A stretch of 64,000 nt of DNA, from the NCBI GenBank assembly GCA_021787845.1, contig JAJYLH010000013.1, positions 32,595 to 96,594 on the forward strand. The letters are read 5' to 3'. The notes under the pieces are model-generated. The model saw only the letters and a program-made list of their open reading frames with translations, searched no databases and was not told the origin of the DNA. Positions 27,505 to 36,869 of this stretch are shown here, piece after piece. Made by a program: the position numbers and the translations under genes. The first letter of the stretch is position 1; each line of letters starts with the position of its first letter. Source of the stretch: Myxococcales bacterium. GTDB lineage: Bacteria > Myxococcota > Myxococcia > Myxococcales > JAJYLH01.

Positions 27505-28602
27505 TCAATACGCGATGTTCACTTGAAGCGCAGAGTCGATCGCGAGGCCGTTGAGACTGCCGATGAAGCCGTAGACCCGCGCCTCGATGCCGACCAGGAC
27601 GAACGTGTTGCGGAACAGCTCGACCCCCACGGTGACGCCAGGTGCGGCGGCATTGCGATGCCCCTCGTGCACGAAGCCCAGACGCCATCCCAGGTAGGGG
27701 TTGAGAAACGCCCGCCGGCCTCCACCCAGAAAATCAGAATACGTCTCGCCGCCGAGACTGAGCAGATAGCCGTGGATACCCTCGGTCAAGGGGTGCGCGG
27801 GGTCTTTGAACAGGTCGACGTCGATGGAGAAAGCCCGCGCGAGGTGCAGCGACAAGCCGCCGCCGAAGGTCGAGCGCGCGGGGCCGCCCGGCATCTCGAA
27901 GAAATTCACGAACCTCAAGCCGGGATGGAACTTCGCTTCCGGTCCCAGGACCGGCGCAACGGGTACCGGCGACAGCACCACCTGAAGGATGGCGCGCGCC
28001 ACGCGGTCGGCCAGAAAGTGACGGTCGCCTTCGACGCGGTTGAGCTGGCCGCGCACGCGCGCCAGCTCCTTTTCCACCTCGAGCACGTCTTTCGTGTCCT
28101 TGGCCGAAGCCATGATCGCCTCGAGGCGGGCGATCTCCGCTTCGAGGTTCTTCTTTTCGACGCCCTCGTCGAAGTACTTTCGCGAGACGTCGTGCGCGGT
28201 CAGGTCGCGCGACAGGAGCTTGCCCAGACCAGCGACGCCATCCATCGTCCGCTGGAGCGCCGAAGCGGGCACGCGCAGCCGGAACCGCGCGTGCGTCTCG
28301 GCGCCGCCGGCCCCGAGGTGCTCGCCGACGATCTGCCCACCGACGGAAGCAACGAGCTTTCGCAGCTCCTCGGTCGCCGCCTTCACCGACTTGACGCGAA
28401 CCGTGAGCCAGGCCTCGGCCGCGAGCATCGGCTTGACGGTCCCGCGAACCGACTGATGTCGCGAGCCCGCTCCCACCGCGCCTGCCATTTCGTGGACGGG
28501 AACGACCGCGCCACCCGTGTCCGCCAGCGGGGGTCGGCTCGATTCGGCGTGCGCGCAGCCGGCGAGCCCCGACAAGAGAAGCAGTGTCAGCAGACGGTTC
28601 AT
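27505..28602 (-). CDS. DUF4349-family lipoprotein with C-terminal beta-strand domain
   Basis: Lipobox LAGC; LRVPA...DVS..YFD...LE.E..RL..I......DVLEVEKELARVRGQLNRVEG pattern; GGAGG RBS. Confidence 0.8.
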   Translation of the reverse strand: MNRLLTLLLLSGLAGCAHAESSRPPLADTGGAVVPVHEMAGAVGAGSRHQSVRGTVKPMLAAEAWLTVRVKSVKAATEELRKLVASVGGQIVGEHLGAGGAETHARFRLRVPASALQRTMDGVAGLGKLLSRDLTAHDVSRKYFDEGVEKKNLEAEIARLEAIMASAKDTKDVLEVEKELARVRGQLNRVEGDRHFLADRVARAILQVVLSPVPVAPVLGPEAKFHPGLRFVNFFEMPGGPARSTFGGGLSLHLARAFSIDVDLFKDPAHPLTEGIHGYLLSLGGETYSDFLGGGRRAFLNPYLGWRLGFVHEGHRNAAAPGVTVGVELFRNTFVLVGIEARVYGFIGSLNGLAIDSALQVNIAY

Positions 28603-29039
28603 GGGACCTCCAGGCCACGCGCCGGGCGGCGCCGGTCCTCGGCTTGTGGATCAACAACGTCCCTCGGGATGCGACCTTACCCACGGTCCGTTTTGCCCGT
28701 CAAGCAGCAGAAGAACCTCGGGTGCGTCGCTCTCGCGCGGCGCTCGAGGTGATTAGCGAGAACGTTCATACGCCAGCGTCGCGTCCTCCGGTTGTTCTCG
28801 GCGGGCGGGTAGCCCCGGGGCGTGGCGTCGGGACCCCAGCGGGCGATGGAGAGCAATGCCCGGAACAAAAAGGCGTGGTGGTTCGGCGGAACAACTCGTC
28901 CGAGGGCAATCCCGCCACCTCGGGGGCGGTGTCGGGGGGCAGCAGCGGCGTCGGCACTCGGGTGTGCCCTCGGGATGCGGGCGCGTGAATAGCAGGAGCG
29001 GCGTCGACCCGGGTGATGCTCATCCTTCGACTGCGCTCA

Positions 29040-29242
29040 GCGCGGGCTGACGCCCGCAACCCAAGCTCGACTTTGGAGACGATCGGAATCGTGGCACGGG
29101 CGTCCTCGCCCGTGAAAGCCCAGTCGAACCCGCTGGCATGGCAGGTCCCCAAGCGCTCACGGGCGGGGACGCCCGTGCCACGAAGTCGTGCTACGTGGCG
29201 TCGAGAATCTGCGCGCGGCGCGAGCCTTTCGAGGCTTAGTAG
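29040..29242. mobile_element. About 200-bp MITE-like element, copy 1
   Basis: Near-identical inverted copy at 31703-31907; internal cgtggcacgggcgtcc inverted pair. Confidence 0.8.
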
Positions 29243-29267
29243 TTCAGTGTCTCGACGGACCGCGTCC

Positions 29268-30869
29268 TCACTTGCTGCAGACCGCAAAGTAGAAGCCTTC
29301 GCCTTGCGGATCGGTTAGCGCGGTCATCTCGAGATCCGAGCTGACGGGCGTGTAGTCGGTGGTGTTGCTGTAGTTGGACGTTCCATCGGACGCGCAGCGC
29401 TGGTCATACGGCCCGACCGTCAACTTGGTCGATCCGTTTTCCTGAAGTTCGTAGTAGATGTGCCAGAGCGTGTTGCCCGGGCGCGAGCAGCCGTCGCCCC
29501 AGGTCGAGACTTCGACTTGCGTTCCCGGCGTGACCCTGAAGCCTCGCACGCTCCCGCAGCCCCAGAAGAGCCAGATGGCGCTGCCCGAACCCGTCGCGGG
29601 CCACACCTTGCCGTTGGAGGAAGCGCAGCTCGACACGTCGGCGCTGACCGGCCAGAGGCGATGCGGGAACGTGGCATCGCAATAGGGGTCGATGGCCGTG
29701 CACTGGAGTCCGTTGCCGGTGTAGCCGGTGTCGCAGGTGCAGGCGTTGGTGCCCGGTCCGGTCGAGGTGCAGGTCGCGTGCGGGTCGCAGCCGCCGTTGT
29801 TCGTCGCGCACGAGTCGATGGGCGTGCACTGGATGCCGTTGCCGGTATAGCCGCTGACGCAGGTGCAGGCGTTGGTGCCGGGCCCCGTCGAGGTGCACGC
29901 CGCATGGCTGCTGCAACCCCCGTCGTTCGTCGCGCACGAATCGATGGGCGTGCACGTCTGCCCGCTGCCGGCGTAGCCGTTGTCGCAGGAGCAGGAGCTC
30001 GTGCCCGGCCCGGTGGACACGCAGGTCGCGTGCGGGTCGCAGCCGCCGTTGTTCGTCGCGCACGAGTCCACGGCCGTGCACGAATGTCCGTCGCCGGCGT
30101 AGCCGTCGTTGCACGAGCAGGAGCTCGTGCCCGGCCCGGTCGAGGTGCAGGTCGCGTGCGGGTCGCAGCCGCCGTTGTTCGTTGCGCACGTATCGACGGC
30201 CGCGCACGACTGTCCGTCGCCGGAGTAGCCGTCATTGCAGGCGCAGGAGTCGGTGCCTGGTCCGGTCGAGGTGCAGGTCGCGTGCGGGTCGCAGCCGCCG
30301 TTGTTCGTCGCGCACGAGTCGATGGCCGTGCAAGTCTTGCCGTCGCCGGAGTAGCCTTCGTCGCAGGTGCAGGTCGCGGGACCGGAGCTGTCGTCGCACC
30401 TCGCGTTCGCTCCGCAAGAGGCAACGGTGCAGGCGGGCACCACTCGCGCGGTCAGCTCCACCGAAACCTCGGGCGCGTTTTCCGCGTCGCTCGCGATCGC
30501 CAGCGTCGCCGTGACGTATCCAGGCGTCGAAGGCGCGTCGAAGGTGATTGAGAGTATCGCCTTCGCGCCTCCCTTGAGGATGTCGGCTTGCAAGGCGAGA
30601 TAGAAGTCCGCCGCGACGGACTGGGGAGTGACAACGAGCTTCGAGATGGTGAGCGATGCGGTCGAAGTGTCTTTGACGACGAGCGACCGGGTGACGGACG
30701 CTCCCGTCGCGACCGTGCCGAAATCGAGCGCTGTCGGGGAGACGTCGATGTCGGGATGGCCGTTGACGGTGCCACCGCCGCAACCACCGCACGCCGTCGC
30801 CGCGAGCGCGAAGAGGCACAGGGTCGCCGTCCCGGTGCGCATCGCAAATCGCCTTCTTGACGTGCCCAT
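29268..30869 (-). CDS. Lipoprotein with an Ig-like domain and tandem EGF-like repeats
   Basis: GGAGG RBS; lipobox ATAC; IDVSPTALDFGTV Ig-like domain; five near-identical 40-aa DSCATNNGGCDPHATC...C.C..GY.G.G..C units plus one divergent unit. Confidence 0.85.
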   Translation of the reverse strand: MGTSRRRFAMRTGTATLCLFALAATACGGCGGGTVNGHPDIDVSPTALDFGTVATGASVTRSLVVKDTSTASLTISKLVVTPQSVAADFYLALQADILKGGAKAILSITFDAPSTPGYVTATLAIASDAENAPEVSVELTARVVPACTVASCGANARCDDSSGPATCTCDEGYSGDGKTCTAIDSCATNNGGCDPHATCTSTGPGTDSCACNDGYSGDGQSCAAVDTCATNNGGCDPHATCTSTGPGTSSCSCNDGYAGDGHSCTAVDSCATNNGGCDPHATCVSTGPGTSSCSCDNGYAGSGQTCTPIDSCATNDGGCSSHAACTSTGPGTNACTCVSGYTGNGIQCTPIDSCATNNGGCDPHATCTSTGPGTNACTCDTGYTGNGLQCTAIDPYCDATFPHRLWPVSADVSSCASSNGKVWPATGSGSAIWLFWGCGSVRGFRVTPGTQVEVSTWGDGCSRPGNTLWHIYYELQENGSTKLTVGPYDQRCASDGTSNYSNTTDYTPVSSDLEMTALTDPQGEGFYFAVCSK

Positions 30870-31646
30870 CGTCGCCTCCGCCGCCCGTTCGCCGCGTTCT
30901 ACACGAAGGCGAGACATACACCCGCCCGCCGGTCGAGCGCAAGCGTCGACCCGAGGCGTGGGCGACCGATCCACAAGCGAAGACGGGCAGGTCTGCCGTC
31001 TGGTTCCCGAACTCGAGGGAAGCGCAAAGCCAATCAATCAGCCCGTGCGAAGTCGCCGGCGAGAATATCGAGATAGTTGCCGTGCTCCACCCAGTTGATC
31101 AGATGCATCACCCGCCACGCCGCGAAGGGATGCGACGCATTTCTCGTCAGCAGAAAGGCGGCGATCCCGTCCAGGGCATCGCCCGCCTCGACCTCGGCGA
31201 GGTCGCGCGCTTGTCGGATGAATGCGGGGAGGCTCGGCTCGGTCCGCCGCCGGACGCCGACCCGGTTCGCGCCGGCGAACGCCATCTGCACCCCGAGCGC
31301 CGGGCGAAGATCCCGTGTCGCGAGCAGCCCCGCGCGGTCGCAAGTCAGCTCGGCACATCGCGACCACTTCGCCAGCGCAAGCTGCAACGGTAGCGTAAAG
31401 AACGTCCCCGGCCCCGCCAGCGCCGTGCCCGCCGACATCACGATTCTCGCGAGGAACAGGTAGACGACGTGCTCGGCATGCTGGTGCCCAAGCTCGTGCC
31501 CGATGACCGCGAGCAGCTCGTCGTCGTCGACGAGATCGAGAAGCCCGGAAAAGATCACGACCGACTTGTCCTCCTCGCCTGCGGTGAAGGTATTGCCCGC
31601 CGGGCTCTCGGAAAGGAACACCCCAGGCTTGAACGTTATCCCGAGC

Positions 31647-32059
31647 CACTCCTGTCCAAGACATCTTCGGGATGCGATCGACGATCCGCTCGTCCTTCTG
31701 ATCTACTAAGCCGCAGAAGCCTCGCGCCGCGCGCAGATTCTCGACGCAGGGCAGCACGACTTCGTGGCACGGGCGTCCCCGCCCGTGAGCGCTTGGGGAC
31801 CTGCCATGCCAGCGGGTTCGACTGGGCTTTCACGGGCGAGGACGCCCGTGCCACGATTCCGATCGTCTCCAAGGTCGACCTTGGGCTGCGGGCGTCGGCC
31901 CGCGCTAAGGGAAGCGAGCGTTCTTTGCGAGCGGACTCGAAGGACGGGCGCATGCAGGGGGCCATTTCCGCTCGTCCTTCGAATCCGGCCGACCAAGAGC
32001 CGTCGGCCTCCCCTCGGATGAGCGGAAATGAAGATCCATCCGTGTTTCGGACAGCAGTG
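31647..32059. mobile_element. 413-bp non-autonomous IS (MITE) with 9-bp target site duplication
   Basis: TIRs CACTCCTGTCCAAGACA / TGTTTCGGACAGCAGTG; ATCCCGAGC duplicated at 31638-31646 and 32060-32068. Confidence 0.85.
31703..31907. mobile_element. About 200-bp MITE-like element, copy 2 (nested in the 413-bp element)
   Basis: Reverse complement of 29040-29242 with few mismatches. Confidence 0.8.
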
Positions 32060-32440
32060 ATCCCGAGCCGGGAGCGCGCGGTCCGAGCGAGCGCGTCGAT
32101 TTCCGTGAACTGCTCCTCGGTGCATCGGAGGTTCTGCGACAGGTTGACGCGGTAGGCGCGGTCCGCCGTGTGCTTCAGGAACCACTTCATCAGGCGGCCG
32201 AAGCCCGGCATGCCCTTGAGCGTGGCGAGCGCGGCTCGGAGGATTCCGCTGGAGCAAGCCCTCCCGGCCCAGCGCCGCGACGAACCTCGAACCCACCGCG
32301 GTCCGCGGGGCGAGCCGCGAGGGGCGACCTGTCGGGAACATCTCGGCGCTCGAACGATTGGTGTCGCGCTCGCCCTGCCCAGACTCCCCTTGCAGTTCGG
32401 TCACGCCTGGCGTACTGAGCGCGAAGCACGCCGCCCGTTC

Positions 32441-32526
32441 GGGAGAGTGGCGGAATCAGGTAGACGCAACGGCCTTAGAAGCCGTCGGAGCAATCCGTCC
32501 GGGTTCGAGTCCCGGCTCTCCCACCA
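32441..32526 (+). tRNA. tRNA-Leu (anticodon TAG)
   Basis: GGGAGAG acceptor stem, ACGGC-CT-TAG-AA-GCCGT anticodon arm, long variable arm, GTTCGAGT T-loop, encoded CCA. Confidence 0.96.
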
Positions 32527-32527
32527 T

Positions 32528-32950
32528 CTAGCGCTGGAGCTTCACCAGATGAACCGGCGCCGCCGCGGTACCCCCAGGGGACTCGCCCTTCGCGCCCAAC
32601 AGCAGCACGCGCCCCGGCACCCGCACCGGCTCCTTCATCTGCAACGGGACCGTTCGCTCCGCTCGGAACGCCGGCCTGAGTTGGAGCGGTGTCGCCAGAT
32701 GGAAGGGCTGCCGGCCGACGCGAGCGCTGCCGCCATCCGGTCGCTCGACCTCCCGGAGCGCTTCCGCCTTCCGCAAAAGGCTCAGCGGCACCACCCTTGC
32801 CGGACGAGCGGGCGGCGAGGGAACGGCAACCGAACCGGCCGCCGGGTTCGCGGTCGCCTGCCCGGCCGAAGGGACGACCCCTTCGCAGTTGCAGCCCGCC
32901 GCGCCCAACGAGCACGCGACCCAGAGCCCGATCATCCGGGAGACCTTCAT
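32528..32950 (-). CDS. Hypothetical lipoprotein
   Basis: MKVSRMIGLWVACSLGAAGC lipobox-like N-terminus. Confidence 0.5.
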   Translation of the reverse strand: MKVSRMIGLWVACSLGAAGCNCEGVVPSAGQATANPAAGSVAVPSPPARPARVVPLSLLRKAEALREVERPDGGSARVGRQPFHLATPLQLRPAFRAERTVPLQMKEPVRVPGRVLLLGAKGESPGGTAAAPVHLVKLQR

Positions 32951-33163
32951 GGGCTCGTGTATACACCTTACTTCCGGAGGCCGACCGGCTCGTTGCGCCG
33001 TTCGAGGCCTTGGGGCGCCGGTCCGTGGGTCGCAAGCCATGCGAGAGGGCGAGCCGAAGGCCCCGCGGGAGCGACCGCCAGGGAAGGACAGGGGCGCCCG
33101 GCCATGGACGGCATCGACCGGCGCGCGCCCGATCGGCCTGTTTGCCGGGCATCCGGCGCTCGC

Positions 33164-33192
33164 TTGTTCGCCCCTGCCGGCGCACCTATAGT
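33164..33192 (+). promoter_or_regulatory. Putative sigma70 promoter of tig
   Basis: TTGTTC-N17-TATAGT upstream of the GAGGAG RBS. Confidence 0.5.
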
Positions 33193-33249
33193 GCCCGCCT
33201 TTTTCCGCCTCGGGTCCGCGCAAGCGGGCCCGGGAGCCGCGAGGAGTAG

Positions 33250-34608
33250 ATGTCCGACTTGAGCGTTCTGGTCGAGGAGCTGTCGCCGGTCGTGCGCCGC
33301 CTGCAGGTGGAGGTGCCGGCCGAGCGGGTGAGCAAGGTCACGGAAGCGGTCTACCAGCGCGTCGGCCGTACCGTGAAGCTGAAGGGCTACCGCCCGGGCC
33401 ACATTCCGCGCCACGCGCTGGAGAAGCACTTCGCCGACCAGGTCAAGGGCGACATCGCGCGCGAGCTGGTCGAACAGACGCTCGCCGAGGCGCTCGGCAC
33501 GTTGCACCTTTCGCCGGTCACCCAGCCGGTCTTGGAGCCGCAGGAGGTCAAGGCCGGCGAGCCCTTCAGCTATTCGGCGCGGGTGGAAATCCAGCCGGAG
33601 GTGAAGCTCGGGCGTTACCGAGGGCTCGAAGTGGTGGTGCAGGAGCGGGAGGTGACCGAGGCCCGGGTCGACGAGGAGCTGGAGCGGCTCCGGCAAGCGC
33701 TGGCGCCGCTGACCCCGGTGGAGGACCGGGACGAGGTGCAGCTCGGAGACCATGTGGGCGTGAGCTACGAGATCCGGTTTCCCGGCGGCGAGCGGCCGGA
33801 GGAGAAGCGCGACGACGCGCTGATGCGGGCGGAGGCGGGCGATCTCCTCGACGGCCGGGTGGAGAAGCTGGTCGGGGCCAAGGTGGGCGAGACTCGGGAG
33901 TGGACGGAGCGCTTCGGCGCCAACGCCGCCACGGACCTGCAGGGCCGGGAGGTGCGCCTGGTCGCGACGGTGCGGGGCATCAAGAAGCGGGAGTTGCCGG
34001 CGCTGGACGACGAGATGGCGAAGGACCTCGGCATCGGAACCGAGAGCCTGGAGGAGCTGCGCCAGAAGATCCGCCGCGACCAGGAGGAACGCGCCGCCAA
34101 GGTGAACGAGGCTGTCCGCGAGCGGGCGTTGCTCGAGAAGCTGATGGAGGAGACGCCGTTCGAGGTGCCGCCGGCGCTGGTGGACGGCGCGGCCGCGCAC
34201 GAGACGGAGCGCTACCTGGAGCGGCTCGCGCAAGGCGGGTTCAAGCTCGACGTCGAGAGCCCGGCGGTCGACCGGTTCCACCGGGAGATGCTGGCCAAGG
34301 CGGCGTTCGACGTGAAGTGCGTCTACCTCCTCGACGCGATCGCGACGGCCGAGTCGATCGAGGCGTCGGAGAGCGAAATCGAGGCGCTCTTCCAGAAACA
34401 GGCGGAAGAGCACGGGGTGCCGGCCGAACGGACGCAGGTGGGGCATCTGTCGGCCGACCAGAAACGGACGCTCGCGAACGAGGTCCGCCACGACAAGGCC
34501 CTGGAGCTCGTGAAGAGCTCGGCGGTCTTCCGGCGACCCGAGTCCGAGCCCGCGGCGAAGGCCGACGAGAAGCCCGAAACGAACAGCGGCGAAGCGGCGG
34601 GCACCTGA
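33250..34608 (+). CDS. tig: Trigger factor
   Basis: LKGYRPGHIP ribosome-binding loop, ELPALDDE, FEVPPALV; synteny with clpP and clpX. Confidence 0.92.
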   Translation: MSDLSVLVEELSPVVRRLQVEVPAERVSKVTEAVYQRVGRTVKLKGYRPGHIPRHALEKHFADQVKGDIARELVEQTLAEALGTLHLSPVTQPVLEPQEVKAGEPFSYSARVEIQPEVKLGRYRGLEVVVQEREVTEARVDEELERLRQALAPLTPVEDRDEVQLGDHVGVSYEIRFPGGERPEEKRDDALMRAEAGDLLDGRVEKLVGAKVGETREWTERFGANAATDLQGREVRLVATVRGIKKRELPALDDEMAKDLGIGTESLEELRQKIRRDQEERAAKVNEAVRERALLEKLMEETPFEVPPALVDGAAAHETERYLERLAQGGFKLDVESPAVDRFHREMLAKAAFDVKCVYLLDAIATAESIEASESEIEALFQKQAEEHGVPAERTQVGHLSADQKRTLANEVRHDKALELVKSSAVFRRPESEPAAKADEKPETNSGEAAGT

Positions 34609-34663
34609 TTAGAGTCGGGCGAGACGCCCGCTCTTCGCCCAGGCGTCGCCGAGGGAGCGAACA

Positions 34664-35266
34664 ATGCCTTATTGGCCGACCGTCATCGAGACCTCCCACC
34701 GGGGCGAGCGCCCCTACGACCTCTTGAGCCGGCTCCTCAAGGACCGGATCATCATGCTCAACGGCGAGGTCCACGACGAGCTGTCGGCGAGCATCGTCGG
34801 GCAGCTTCTCTTCCTGGAGAGCGAGGACCCGGACAAGGACGTGATGATGTACATCAACAGCCCGGGCGGGAGCGTCACCGCGGGGCTCGCGATCTACGAC
34901 ACGATGCAGTACATCCGGGCGCCGGTGTCGACCATCTGCATCGGGCAGGCGGCGTCGATGGCGGCGGTGCTGCTCGCGGCCGGGGCCGAAGGGAAGCGCT
35001 ACAGCCTCCCCCACAGCCGGATCATGATCCACCAGCCGCTCGGGGGCGCCCAGGGGCAGGCGACCGACATCGAGATCCAGGCGAAGGAGATCCTCCGGCT
35101 GAAGCAGAAGCTGTACGAGATCCTCTCCAAGCACACGAAGCAGCCGATCGAGCGCATCGAGAAGGACGCCGACCGCGACTACTTCATGGGGGCGGGCGAG
35201 GCGAAGGAGTACGGGCTGCTCGACGACGTCTTCGTGCGGCGTCCGCCGGCAGAGAAGAAGCCCTAG
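34664..35266 (+). CDS. clpP: ATP-dependent Clp protease proteolytic subunit
   Basis: [31 protein letters not shown]. Confidence 0.98.
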   Translation: MPYWPTVIETSHRGERPYDLLSRLLKDRIIMLNGEVHDELSASIVGQLLFLESEDPDKDVMMYINSPGGSVTAGLAIYDTMQYIRAPVSTICIGQAASMAAVLLAAGAEGKRYSLPHSRIMIHQPLGGAQGQATDIEIQAKEILRLKQKLYEILSKHTKQPIERIEKDADRDYFMGAGEAKEYGLLDDVFVRRPPAEKKP

Positions 35267-35458
35267 GGCCGGCACCGAAGGGGCACCCAGGAGTCTTGGG
35301 GCGCATCTCGCCCGAAGTCGAGGGAGGCGGGCGCCTGCCGAGAGTCGAGCGGTTGGGGTGGACGAAGCCGTGCGGTGCGCCTACAAAGAAGACGACGGGA
35401 CGGGCGACCCGAGCAGCCGGGCAGCGCCCGCTCTTGGCACGCCGGAGACTCGAAGCGC

Positions 35459-36706
<1,248 letters not shown>

Positions 36707-36778
36707 CGAAAGCGCCGCCGCCAGGCGCCACCGCTCCGGGCGAGCTCATTCCCAGTCGCAGCGCCGATCGCCGAGCAG

Positions 36779-36822
36779 ACCGATCGGACGGATCGGTCCG
36801 ATCGGTCCGATCCGTCCGATCG
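36779..36822. repeat. 9-bp GATC-containing tandem repeat
   Basis: accgatcggacggatcggtccgatcggtccgatccgtccgatc between convergent genes. Confidence 0.7.
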
Positions 36823-36869
36823 CGGGGCGCTGCCGCCCGCGTTCGGGCCTGGCCGGAAGCGCTGCCGCC

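Larger units (their letters stand above)
31034..32404 (-). pseudogene. M48-family zinc metallopeptidase interrupted by a MITE
   Basis: 3' part has IGHELGH, WSRCAELTCDRAGL, SHP; 5' part has RAALATLKGMPGFGRL...QF.EI..L...A...LGIT; split by 31647-32059, with an apparent frameshift near 32240. Confidence 0.85.

Noticed and set aside
32441-32526. tRNA-Leu as the integration site of the 23-32 kb accessory region
   Set aside because: The region is on the 5' side of the tRNA; no integrase or duplicated tRNA 3' end was seen.
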